Below are positions 7,035 to 15,833 of a stretch of 18,729 bases of DNA, piece by piece; position 1 is the first letter of the stretch; each line of letters opens with the position of its first letter. The notes under the pieces are model-generated. The model did no database searches, had not been told where the DNA came from, and worked only from the letters and a program-made list of their open reading frames with translations. The stretch is from an archaeon (GTDB lineage Archaea > Asgardarchaeota > Thorarchaeia > Thorarchaeales > Thorarchaeaceae). The stretch lies in contig JAJRZD010000076.1 of NCBI GenBank assembly GCA_024275415.1, forward strand, positions 1 to 18,729, written 5' to 3'. The position numbers and the translations under genes are program-made.

Positions 7035-7772
7035 ATGGTGACTCCCATTCGTGCCCTCAAGGCTGCTGCTGCTGTCATCAGTGAGTCCACATATATGGTC
7101 GCTCTTACCGGAGCTGGGATCAGCAGGGAATCAAACGTGCCAACATTCAGGGGTACTGATGGACTGTGGCGTAACTACGACCCCATGGAGCTAGCGACAC
7201 CTCAAGCATTCGAGCGAGACCCAATGCTTGTCTGGGAATGGTACTCGTGGCGTCAGGGACTGATTCTTGAGTGCGAACCTAACCCTGCTCATCATATCTT
7301 GGCAAAATGGGAAAAGGAAGATATCTTAGGACATATCATAACCCAGAATGTGGACGACCTTCATCGTCGAGCAGGCTCAAAGGGCATTACGAAACTGCAT
7401 GGGGACATATTCAAGGTGAAATGCACGAGATGCACATACCGAGCGATTATTCCAGCTCCCCCTAATGGTGTACCAACATGCCCTGATTGTGAGTCATTAC
7501 TACGTCCTGATGTCGTGTGGTTTGGAGAGAGCCTTGACCAGCAGGTGATGGATGATGTACGTGACGAACTGAACCAGTCTGATGTTATCATCGTCATAGG
7601 GACTTCTGGTATCGTTCAGCCTGCGGCATCATTCCCTCTCATCGTAAAGAGATGGGGTGAGGTGGTCGAGGTGAATCCCGAAGAAACACCCATAACAGTC
7701 ATCGCAGATGTTCATGTCGCTGGAAAGGCGGGGGAAGCATTGCCCCAGATCGATCAGTTAATCCAAAGATAG
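7035..7772 (+). CDS. cobB: NAD+-dependent protein deacylase, Sir2/CobB family (class III)
   Basis: LTGAGISRESNVPTFRG, TQNVDDLH, LHG, Zn motifs CTRC/CPDC, RPDVVWFGE, GTSGIVQPAA and VNPE. Start refined to the ATG at 7035; the ORF track starts at 6966. Confidence 0.96.
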   Translation: MVTPIRALKAAAAVISESTYMVALTGAGISRESNVPTFRGTDGLWRNYDPMELATPQAFERDPMLVWEWYSWRQGLILECEPNPAHHILAKWEKEDILGHIITQNVDDLHRRAGSKGITKLHGDIFKVKCTRCTYRAIIPAPPNGVPTCPDCESLLRPDVVWFGESLDQQVMDDVRDELNQSDVIIVIGTSGIVQPAASFPLIVKRWGEVVEVNPEETPITVIADVHVAGKAGEALPQIDQLIQR

Positions 7773-8957
7773 CTTCGTTCCCGTCCTGTGTGCGATGCTC
7801 CTAGCACGGTTCCTCAACTGTTGCCCTTCCTGCACCCGCCCGATAGCAATCAACGAAAAACCAAGTTGATCCCACGCAGGGGCATAGTCTGGATCCGTCG
7901 AGATTGCCTTCCTGAATGCAATCTCCGCGCCGGCATGGTCACCTTGTTTTCGTAATGCCATGCCCAAATATGTGATGAGATAAGGATCCTCGTTTCGGAT
8001 ATGCAACGCCCTCTGGAACATCTCTTGTGCGTGCCCATACACTCCTTGCTTGAACAAAGAAACGCCTAGCTTCACCCAAGCATCGATGCAGCTGGGCTCT
8101 GTGACCGTGACCTTGCGTAGCCACCTGCTCGCCTTTTCATACTCGCCCATTTTCAAATAGCAGGAGCCCAGCAGGTAGGACGCCCGTACATTGTCCATAT
8201 CGGACGCGATGACCCGATTGAGGGGATCCAAGGCTCGCGTGTGCATATCCTGTTGGTAGAGAACCTCGCCTAACAGAACCAGTGCCTCAATGTTGTCGTT
8301 GTCATCATGCAATGCATTTTGTATCACTCGCTCAGCGTCCAAGAACTTCCCTTCTCTTATCAGCGCCGTAGCAAACAAGAACCATGCCTGTTGCTCTCCG
8401 GTGCTGTTCTCCCCGCTAGGATGTCCGATATATCCCTCACGAGCTGATGTGGTAGGGGAACCTCTGACCTGCTGAGAACCAGAAACCATCCACTGTTCGT
8501 GTTTGAATGGAGCACCAGATTCAATAGGGCTTCCTGAGTCTGCCTCATCCCTGACACTCGTCGTTTCCTCATCTTCAACAACGTCACTCGGCGGTGATAG
8601 CCCTCTACTGGGTTCAGCAGCAGAAATGGATGGCTTGCTCCGTTCGACATATTCCTCTCTGAGCTGGCTTCGAAGACGCGCCCATGTCAACGACTTCCCG
8701 CCCTTGTGCTTCAGGAGTTCCTTACCTATTTTCTCAGCATCGGTTTCCCTACGCTGTTCAAGAAGGAGTACGCAGAGTTCTGTCAATGCTTCGACTAATC
8801 TTGGGTTCTTCCTAAGAACCAGACGATAGTAGTTCTCCGCACTTCGTACATTGCCCTCCTTCCTTCGTTCCCGAGCCGCTTCCAATAATTCCAGCCACTC
8901 CGTGTTAGGTGCCCCGTTGCCTGACTCCTCGAAACTGGTTCCGCCATCCGATGGCAA
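7758..8957 (-). CDS. Tetratricopeptide-repeat protein
   Basis: N-terminal TPR-like hairpin (AENYYRLVLRKNPRLVEALTELC), a low-complexity linker, then ~6 TPR units (e.g. AWVKLGVSLFKQGVYGHAQEMFQRAL, AFRKAISTDPDYAPAWDQLG). TTG start. Confidence 0.9.
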   Translation of the reverse strand: MPSDGGTSFEESGNGAPNTEWLELLEAARERRKEGNVRSAENYYRLVLRKNPRLVEALTELCVLLLEQRRETDAEKIGKELLKHKGGKSLTWARLRSQLREEYVERSKPSISAAEPSRGLSPPSDVVEDEETTSVRDEADSGSPIESGAPFKHEQWMVSGSQQVRGSPTTSAREGYIGHPSGENSTGEQQAWFLFATALIREGKFLDAERVIQNALHDDNDNIEALVLLGEVLYQQDMHTRALDPLNRVIASDMDNVRASYLLGSCYLKMGEYEKASRWLRKVTVTEPSCIDAWVKLGVSLFKQGVYGHAQEMFQRALHIRNEDPYLITYLGMALRKQGDHAGAEIAFRKAISTDPDYAPAWDQLGFSLIAIGRVQEGQQLRNRARSIAHRTGTKLSLD

Positions 8958-9302
8958 CTATAACTTCACCGCCTCTCATGAAATCTTGTCAGCGAAAACA
9001 AAAGAAGATTTGCGTCACTTGATTGCAAGGCTTCTTGCCAGCTTCGTTCTGGTACTGCAGCTCGAACTTTTGATACAAGTATTGTGCAATTCTAATTTGA
9101 TCTCGACCTACTTCTAGTCTGATTCAAACAGGGCGCTTTTTTCGACCCCTTTCTGGAAACCTCCGGTGGTGCTTCCTTAAATGAATGTTTGAGGTATTTC
9201 CTGTGTTTGCAGTGGAAATAAAAGCCAAGAGGAGGGTGTAGACGGCTAAACGTTTCTACTGTTTGATTCCTTGTCATAGTTGCTGTAGTCGGTAAGAGAT
9301 AA

Positions 9303-10337
9303 ATGGTAGTTAGCACCGCTCATTCTCAAAGGTGGCATGGCTTGAAGATTCTGTTAACAGGAGCGACTGGGTTCATCGGGCGGAAGCTGGCTAAAAGGTT
9401 GGTCGACGAAGGCAATGATCTTTATGCTCTCATCCGTTCGACGAGCAATACGGCGGGACTTCCCGAAGCGGTTGAGTTCAGAGAGGCGGATCTCCTCACC
9501 TACGAGGGCCTTGAGAGGGTCGTAGAAGACATTCAAGTGGTCATCCATCTGGCAGCATACTTCGACTTCTATCCATCAGATGTGGATCTCCTGTACAGAG
9601 TGAATGTAGAAGGGACGAGGAATCTCATGAATGCCTGCGTTGGGACAAGTGTAGAGAGGTTCATCTATTGTTCGACAACGGAGGTCATCGGCCCCGTCAG
9701 ATACCCACCTGGGAACGAAGATACGGAACTGCGCCCACAGTTCGACTACTCGAAAAGCAAAGCGATGGCAGAGGATATTGTTCGAGAGATCACGACGGAC
9801 ACTGGATTGAGCCATGTCATCTTGCGGCCAACTGGAGTTATGGGCGAAGGTGATAGTTATACTGCAATGGAGCTTGTCCAGGCTATAAACAACAGGGAGA
9901 TACCCATCCTTCCCGGAGATGGACAAAAACATATCATGTATACTCATGTGGACGATGTGGTGGATGCCTTCGTGAAAGCAGTGACATCAAAAACAGCTGT
10001 GAACGAGACCTTGATCATCTGTCCCGATGAGCCCCTCACCTACAAAGAATTGATCCAGTTCCTTGGCGAAAAGCTGGGTGTTGAACCTCCCAAAAGGCGG
10101 ATTCCCACGAGCATTGCTAAGATTGGGATTGGACTCCTGAGCCCGATAAAGAACCGCAGAAAGAACACATTCCTATGGCACGCTAAGACCATCCAGAGCA
10201 TGGACGAAGACAGGTGGTACACGAATGCCAAGGCCAAACGACTCTTGGACTGGGCTCCAAAGTACTCAATGGAGGAAGGCATCGCTCGACAGATCGAGTG
10301 GGCCTGGGAAACAAATCTATTGGAGAAACGAGTGTGA
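9303..10337 (+). CDS. NAD-dependent epimerase/dehydratase (extended SDR)
   Basis: KILLTGATGFIG Rossmann motif, VIHLAA, YCSTTEV, catalytic YSKSK (YxxxK) and ILRPTGVMG. Confidence 0.93.
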   Translation: MVVSTAHSQRWHGLKILLTGATGFIGRKLAKRLVDEGNDLYALIRSTSNTAGLPEAVEFREADLLTYEGLERVVEDIQVVIHLAAYFDFYPSDVDLLYRVNVEGTRNLMNACVGTSVERFIYCSTTEVIGPVRYPPGNEDTELRPQFDYSKSKAMAEDIVREITTDTGLSHVILRPTGVMGEGDSYTAMELVQAINNREIPILPGDGQKHIMYTHVDDVVDAFVKAVTSKTAVNETLIICPDEPLTYKELIQFLGEKLGVEPPKRRIPTSIAKIGIGLLSPIKNRRKNTFLWHAKTIQSMDEDRWYTNAKAKRLLDWAPKYSMEEGIARQIEWAWETNLLEKRV

Positions 10338-10341
10338 TACA

Positions 10342-11967
10342 ATGGATGCACTTCTTGGATTTCTTTTGATCATAACCCCGATTGTGCTTGCGGTCATCAT
10401 GCTGATAGTGTTTCACAAGGCTGCAGATACCACCGGAGTGGTCGTATGGTTGACCACCATGGTGATAGCGATAGTCGCATTCCAGACTGATGTTGGCGTC
10501 GCCCTAACAGCCAGTGTAGTGGGTATCGTAAGATCATTCCCGATATCCCTGATGGTCGCCACGTCGATCCTGATGATGACCTATATGCAGGAAACGGGAG
10601 CATTACAGAGGCTCATTGTCTTCTTTAAGACGCTTGGCGGAGGTAGCAGACCTATGCAGATTATGTTGATTAGCCTAGGACTGGGTCTCTTCCTTGTGGG
10701 CATCGGCGCTACACCTGTTTCGATGCTACCTCCAGTCATGCTGGCACTTGGCTTCTCACCTCTGGTGGCTGTGGCACTGCCCTCTATAGGGTACGACCCT
10801 CTTACGACATTTGCTCTTCTTGGCGTCCCTGCCCAAGTGTTCACTGACATCTACTCGGCAGTATCTGGGAGTCCAATCGAGCTTTGGTATGCGGGTTCGG
10901 TATTTGCTGCGTTTATGCCTGTCGTTTCAGTTGGGATTGCGGTCGCGATGCTCTGGATTGCAGGCGGGAAGAAGCTTCTCCTCAACCGCGAGGGACTGCT
11001 GCTCGCAGTGATAGCAGGAGGGACAGCCGGTATCACGGCAATAATCTGCAATCTTGAAGTTGTGAACCTGACTCGTCTGACAAATGTCTTTGCTGGCGCT
11101 GCGGTTCTTGCTGTGCTTTTTATCTATAATCGGATAACCAAGAAACCGTTCATCGACCGGAGCCAATTGAAAGAGGAAGACCACGAGGTAGAGAGTAAGA
11201 TGAGCCTGAAACGGGCAAGCATTCCTTGGGTGCTCCTTGTCATCCTCTCACTGGTGACGACGCTCGTAGAGCCAATCAAGTACCTTCTTGCAGTGCAACT
11301 CGATTTTGTCATCTTCTTTACCCAGTACCAAGGATTGGATCTGGTCACCCGCGACCTTGTGATCAGCACAAAGTTCCTCTGGCAGGCATACACTCTAATG
11401 CTCATTGCTACCATTGCCTCAATGCCCTTCTTCAACAACGACAAGACTGTGTTGAAGAATACGTTCAACAAGTTCGTAAAACGTGCCCCTCGCCCTGTCC
11501 TTGCAGCAGCAATCTTCTTTGCGATGGCAGAAGTGCTGAATTTCAGTGGCTTTGTCCCTGACGCTGGAGGAGTGTGGGTTTTCCCCGCGGATCCGACGAA
11601 CAACATGGTCTATCTCCTTGCATCAATGACATCGGCATCGCTGGGGGCGGCATATCCACTTACAGCAGCATTCCTTGGACTCCTTGGCGGGTTCATCTCA
11701 GGCTCAGAGACCTCAGCTATCGCTATGTTCACCAACTATCATTATCAGGCAAGTACTGCAATCGGAGCGAATGCCGTTGTCGTGGCTGCCTCTAATGGGA
11801 TAGGAGGGGGCTTGGCCAGCGTTCTAAGCCCGGCAAAGATACAGAACGCTGCAGCTGTGATTGATGAGATTGGCATCGAAGGACAAGTGATACGGTACGG
11901 GTTGGTTGTAGCTATCATCATGACAGCAATCGTTGCGGTCATGACGATGCTGTGGGCGTTCGTTTGA
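10342..11967 (+). CDS. lctP: L-lactate permease (LctP) family transporter
   Basis: Many hydrophobic helices with the C-terminal LGGFISGSETS and GGGLASVLSPAKI motifs of the LctP family. The ATG at 10342 lies 4 nt after the SDR stop; the ORF-track extension to 10225 overlaps the SDR. Confidence 0.85.
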   Translation: MDALLGFLLIITPIVLAVIMLIVFHKAADTTGVVVWLTTMVIAIVAFQTDVGVALTASVVGIVRSFPISLMVATSILMMTYMQETGALQRLIVFFKTLGGGSRPMQIMLISLGLGLFLVGIGATPVSMLPPVMLALGFSPLVAVALPSIGYDPLTTFALLGVPAQVFTDIYSAVSGSPIELWYAGSVFAAFMPVVSVGIAVAMLWIAGGKKLLLNREGLLLAVIAGGTAGITAIICNLEVVNLTRLTNVFAGAAVLAVLFIYNRITKKPFIDRSQLKEEDHEVESKMSLKRASIPWVLLVILSLVTTLVEPIKYLLAVQLDFVIFFTQYQGLDLVTRDLVISTKFLWQAYTLMLIATIASMPFFNNDKTVLKNTFNKFVKRAPRPVLAAAIFFAMAEVLNFSGFVPDAGGVWVFPADPTNNMVYLLASMTSASLGAAYPLTAAFLGLLGGFISGSETSAIAMFTNYHYQASTAIGANAVVVAASNGIGGGLASVLSPAKIQNAAAVIDEIGIEGQVIRYGLVVAIIMTAIVAVMTMLWAFV

Positions 11968-11973
11968 CAATAG

Positions 11974-11988
11974 GGGACATCTTGTCCC
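11974..11988. terminator. Small hairpin between the convergent lctP and phhB stops
   Basis: GGGACA-tct-TGTCCC with no T-tract. Confidence 0.25.
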
Positions 11989-11995
11989 ATCCATG

Positions 11996-12346
11996 CTAGC
12001 CACTGATGCCATCTATCTTGGCAGCCATGATGAAGTCATTGTCATGCAGTCCGTTGATAGCATGAGTCCATAGTGTGAGCACAACACGGTTCCACTGAAT
12101 GAAGATGTCCGGGTGGTGATCCTGAGCCTCTGCGATCTCTGCTACTGAGTTGACGAATTCCATCGCTTTCTTGAAATCCTTGAATTTGTACTCACGACGG
12201 ATCTTGTCGAACCCGTTCTCCTCGACCCGCGCCCACTCAGGAACCGCTGGTAACAGCTCAGAAATCCTCAGATCGATAAGTGGAGGTATTCCACCTCGAC
12301 AAGGGATACATTGGAGAGCCGCTAGTTCTTTCTTGGTCTTGGTCAA
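11996..12346 (-). CDS. phhB: Pterin-4-alpha-carbinolamine dehydratase
   Basis: CIPCRGG, FKDFKKAMEFVN, HHPDI and LWTHAINGLHDNDFIMAAKID. TTG start after an AGGAG ribosome-binding site. Confidence 0.95.
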   Translation of the reverse strand: MTKTKKELAALQCIPCRGGIPPLIDLRISELLPAVPEWARVEENGFDKIRREYKFKDFKKAMEFVNSVAEIAEAQDHHPDIFIQWNRVVLTLWTHAINGLHDNDFIMAAKIDGISG

Positions 12347-12509
12347 TGATGCATTCTCCTTAACAGGGTTTGCAAACGGTAAACACTCTGCACCATTCCT
12401 TAAGTGGTTTCAGAAACAGCTCAGTTCACTCAAGGGGCGTCTGGGATTCATTCATTAGTTGCGTTTCATTTGTTTGGTGTACTATCACTTTGTGGAAGAT
12501 GAATAGAAG

Positions 12510-13205
12510 ATGTCGAAAAGATTCATGGTGTTGCTCATCGCGTTCTCACTGATGATGATTCCTGTCGTCAACGCCCAGAATGTTCACGGTTGGACTTGGG
12601 CGGTCAATGTAGGAGACCTCAACGAGTACGAGATGACCATTAGATATGAAACCATAGATAGCACGAGAGATGTCTACATCAACATCACATCCTTGGGCAA
12701 TCTGTCAGCCATATCAGCAGTGTCAGACATTGAGATTGGATATGAGGTAATGAACACTGACTATAGCGACCTTGACACCCTCCGCGCGTCCGTCATCTCA
12801 AGCTTCTTTGAAATTCCCGTCGCATTGCCTGTCGGCAACTGGGAGGTGATTGGTGATAATACGCCAGGCCTAATGGGCTCTACTCTTGCGTATCTTGTCT
12901 TGTTGGTTGATGCCGTAGTGATTGAGAACTCGACTTACTTTGGCTTCAATATCGGTTACAACGAATCCGATGTCTATCTTACACTGAACACGACATGGTA
13001 CAAGTCAGATGGTCTACTAAAGTACTACAACATCACCTTCAACAGTGACTTTGCAGATGTCAACTTAATCATGGACAAGGTCGAGCCGCCAGCAGAACCC
13101 TCTACTGTCGATAAGATCATTACATTTGTCACAGACAATCTACTTCTTGTGGTTGGTGTAGTCGCGGTCTTGTGCATCATCGCTGGGATTGCGAACAAGA
13201 AATAG
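12510..13205 (+). CDS. Secreted, C-terminally membrane-anchored surface glycoprotein (hypothetical)
   Basis: Signal peptide MSKRFMVLLIAFSLMMIPVVNA, six N-x-S/T sequons, and a C-terminal TM helix (LLLVVGVVAVLCIIAGIA) followed by NKK. Confidence 0.85.
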   Translation: MSKRFMVLLIAFSLMMIPVVNAQNVHGWTWAVNVGDLNEYEMTIRYETIDSTRDVYINITSLGNLSAISAVSDIEIGYEVMNTDYSDLDTLRASVISSFFEIPVALPVGNWEVIGDNTPGLMGSTLAYLVLLVDAVVIENSTYFGFNIGYNESDVYLTLNTTWYKSDGLLKYYNITFNSDFADVNLIMDKVEPPAEPSTVDKIITFVTDNLLLVVGVVAVLCIIAGIANKK

Positions 13206-13210
13206 GTCTT

Positions 13211-13237
13211 GGGGGATGTCGCAGTCCCCCCTTTTTT
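13211..13237 (+). terminator. Hairpin + T-tract terminator after the surface-protein gene
   Basis: GGGGGA-tgtcgcag-TCCCCC followed by cTTTTTT, 5 nt after the stop. Confidence 0.65.
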
Positions 13238-13290
13238 CACAAACGGAATTCTTATCTCTTTTTGAACAATATAACATTTAGGTAATAAGT

Positions 13291-13740
13291 GTGGCAGAAT
13301 CATTAGAATGTAGTGATAACAGACCACTGGAGCGAGCGAAAGTATTCAGCTTACTATACGCGGTCATGGTCGTCTTCGATGCAATACTCATATTCTCATC
13401 GCCATATTTTGCAATGGACAACGCTGATGCTCGACTCAGGGCGTTCATACTTATGTGGATATCAACCTTGATGACAGTCATCATTATGCTTGAATTGCTA
13501 CGTACGCTCTACGAATGCAAATCGAATGTCTTCTTTCTCTTTGCTGTGGGGCTCCTGAATGTCTTCTTTGTAGCGTTTCACCTTGTGGTATTTGCCGACA
13601 AAATTGCTTCAGATTTAACCGAGTCTACTATTCCACTCTTGGTTGTACTCCTATTAGTGGGCTTTGCTGGACTTGCGATATTGGCGGTCTGGATCATATG
13701 GTCGTATATCAGGATCCGCAAGAGGAAGAACATTGGATAA
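13291..13740 (+). CDS. Four-TM hypothetical membrane protein
   Basis: 149 aa with four hydrophobic segments and a positive-inside tail (RIRKRK). GTG start. Confidence 0.75.
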   Translation: MAESLECSDNRPLERAKVFSLLYAVMVVFDAILIFSSPYFAMDNADARLRAFILMWISTLMTVIIMLELLRTLYECKSNVFFLFAVGLLNVFFVAFHLVVFADKIASDLTESTIPLLVVLLLVGFAGLAILAVWIIWSYIRIRKRKNIG

Positions 13741-13833
13741 GTCTATGAAACACACTCTGGATTGAACCATGGTCAGAGTACAACCGCATAAAACACCCGC
13801 AACTATATGAGGTTCTACTAGTTTCACGGGTAA

Positions 13834-15753
13834 GTGAATGCGATGAAACTGCTTGAACCGATTGATATCAATGACCTTCATCTCAAGAACAGAGCAATTA
13901 TGCTTGCGACACATCTGGGCTACTGTAATGATGATGGGATGGTCAATCAACGCTTGATAGATTTCTACAAGACGCGTGCACAATACCAGCCCGGGCTCAT
14001 CATCGTAGGTGGATGCTATACTGAACATCTTGGCAAGAGTGGACCTACGATGCTTGGGATTGGCACAGATGAGCATATCCCAGGACTCAAGAAGCTGACA
14101 GACGCCATCCATGAACACGATGTTCCTGTCGCAGCCCAGCTCTATCACGCAGGACGATACTCGCATCCGTTGTTCCTAGGAGAAGCACCAGTTTCTGCCT
14201 CTGATGTGCCAAGTCGATTGTTCCGCTCGACTCCTCGCTCTCTCACAAAGGACGAGATCATAACCACCATCAAGAATTTTGGGTTGGCGTCACAGCGGGC
14301 AAAGAAAGCTGGGTTCGATGCTGTAGAGATAATAGGGTCTGCGGGGTATCTAATCAACCAGTTTATGGCTCGTTGTACGAACAAGCGAGAAGACGAGTAC
14401 AATGGCGGATTACACGACAGGGCTCGGTTCGCGCTAGAGGTCGTTGAGTCCGTACGCGAACATGTCGGAGAGGGATTTCCAATATTCTACAGACTCAGCG
14501 GGGATGATTTCGTCGAGAACGGAACTACCTTGGAGGATAACAAGACACTGGCACCATGGCTTGTCGAGGCTGGTGTGGACGTACTCAACGTGACAGGCGG
14601 ATGGCACGAAACCCGTGTGCCTCAGACTACTATGGATGTTCCGAGGGGACATTATGCGTATCTGGCAGAGAGCATAGCAGATGTCGTGGATGTGCCAGTC
14701 GTCGCTTGTAACCGGATCAACAGTCCAACCATCGCAGAGAGGATTTTACAGCGAGGGAAAGCCAAACTCATTGGGATGTCTCGGGGGTTCATCGCAGACC
14801 CGGAAATTATAGAGAAAATCAGGACAGGCAGAAAGAAGGAGATAAGGAACTGCATCGCCTGCAACCTTGGCTGTCTTGACATGGTGTTCCTTTTAGAACC
14901 TGTGACCTGTGCCATAAACCCACTAGCAGGCCACGAGTTTGAAAGGAGTCTTGGTCCAAGAGGTGAGGGTTCTATCGCGGTGGTGGGTGGTGGCGTTGCG
15001 GGGATGGAAACTGCGAGAGTACTGGCACTACGAGGGTTTTCAGTCACCATATTCGAGAGGGAACGTCAGCTTGGTGGACTCCTGAGCTTACTTTCTAAAG
15101 TGCCAACAAGAGGAGAACATGCATCCTATGTGTCATACATGAGGCGTGAGCTGGAACGGCTTGGGGTTTCTGTCAAATTAAATCACGAGGCAGTCCCGTC
15201 TGACTTTGAGTGTGGGACATTTGACCGCATCGTGGTTGCCACGGGAACCATAGCAGGAGCTCCTTCTATCGATGGCGTCGAGGGGCCACAGGTGCTCTCA
15301 GCATACGATATCCTTTCCCTACAACCGGACTCAGTAGGTCGTGTCGCTGTCATCGGTGGCACCTCGATTGGCTGTCATGTGGCTCTTCATGCGACAGGAT
15401 TCGCGGAATCTGTAAACCTGTTTACGCTCGGCGAACGTTTGGGCGAAGACATAGGTCTCTCGACTCGATGGGTCATTAAAAAGAACTTGAAAGAGCGCGG
15501 AGTGAGGATTCACGAGGACAAGATATCTCATATCACCAAGAAGTATGTAGTTATCCAGAAGGGAGATGCGATCTCAATGATCCCAGCAGACACAGTCATC
15601 GTCGCCACGAAGCCTGAACCGCGAGATAGACTCATCAGCCGACTTGAGAAGGCTGGGATCAAAGTAGAAACGGTTGGCTCCGTGAAGAAACCGATGAATC
15701 TGCTAGAAACAGTCCATGATGCGTTCATGTTCGCCAACACGTTAGAGATTTGA
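13834..15753 (+). CDS. fadH: FadH-like NADH:flavin oxidoreductase (2,4-dienoyl-CoA reductase family; FMN, FAD, 4Fe-4S)
   Basis: OYE barrel (QLYHAGR, GSAGYLINQF, NKREDEYNG), GGWHETRVP, Fe-S motif CIACNLGCLD...TCAINP and FAD motif VVGGGVAGME. An alternative ATG lies at 13843. Confidence 0.88.
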   Translation: MNAMKLLEPIDINDLHLKNRAIMLATHLGYCNDDGMVNQRLIDFYKTRAQYQPGLIIVGGCYTEHLGKSGPTMLGIGTDEHIPGLKKLTDAIHEHDVPVAAQLYHAGRYSHPLFLGEAPVSASDVPSRLFRSTPRSLTKDEIITTIKNFGLASQRAKKAGFDAVEIIGSAGYLINQFMARCTNKREDEYNGGLHDRARFALEVVESVREHVGEGFPIFYRLSGDDFVENGTTLEDNKTLAPWLVEAGVDVLNVTGGWHETRVPQTTMDVPRGHYAYLAESIADVVDVPVVACNRINSPTIAERILQRGKAKLIGMSRGFIADPEIIEKIRTGRKKEIRNCIACNLGCLDMVFLLEPVTCAINPLAGHEFERSLGPRGEGSIAVVGGGVAGMETARVLALRGFSVTIFERERQLGGLLSLLSKVPTRGEHASYVSYMRRELERLGVSVKLNHEAVPSDFECGTFDRIVVATGTIAGAPSIDGVEGPQVLSAYDILSLQPDSVGRVAVIGGTSIGCHVALHATGFAESVNLFTLGERLGEDIGLSTRWVIKKNLKERGVRIHEDKISHITKKYVVIQKGDAISMIPADTVIVATKPEPRDRLISRLEKAGIKVETVGSVKKPMNLLETVHDAFMFANTLEI

Positions 15754-15833
15754 AGGCTTATGCACAAGCGGATACTCTTATAGGCATTGGACTTGAACTC
15801 AACCTATCCTAGCGATAGTGGAGAATCACGACG

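Noticed and set aside
8958-9316. 74-aa minus ORF 9092..9316 and a startless 45-codon frame at ~8990-9123
   Set aside because: No family signal. The region is better explained as the divergent promoter space between the TPR and SDR genes.
10225-10341. N-terminal 39-aa extension of the lactate permease in the ORF track
   Set aside because: It overlaps the SDR coding end, and the ATG at 10342 gives a clean operonic junction and a hydrophobic start.
13654-15767. Minus-strand ORFs antisense to fadH (e.g. 13654..14166, 14652..15050)
   Set aside because: They are fully explained as shadows of the well-supported fadH-like gene.
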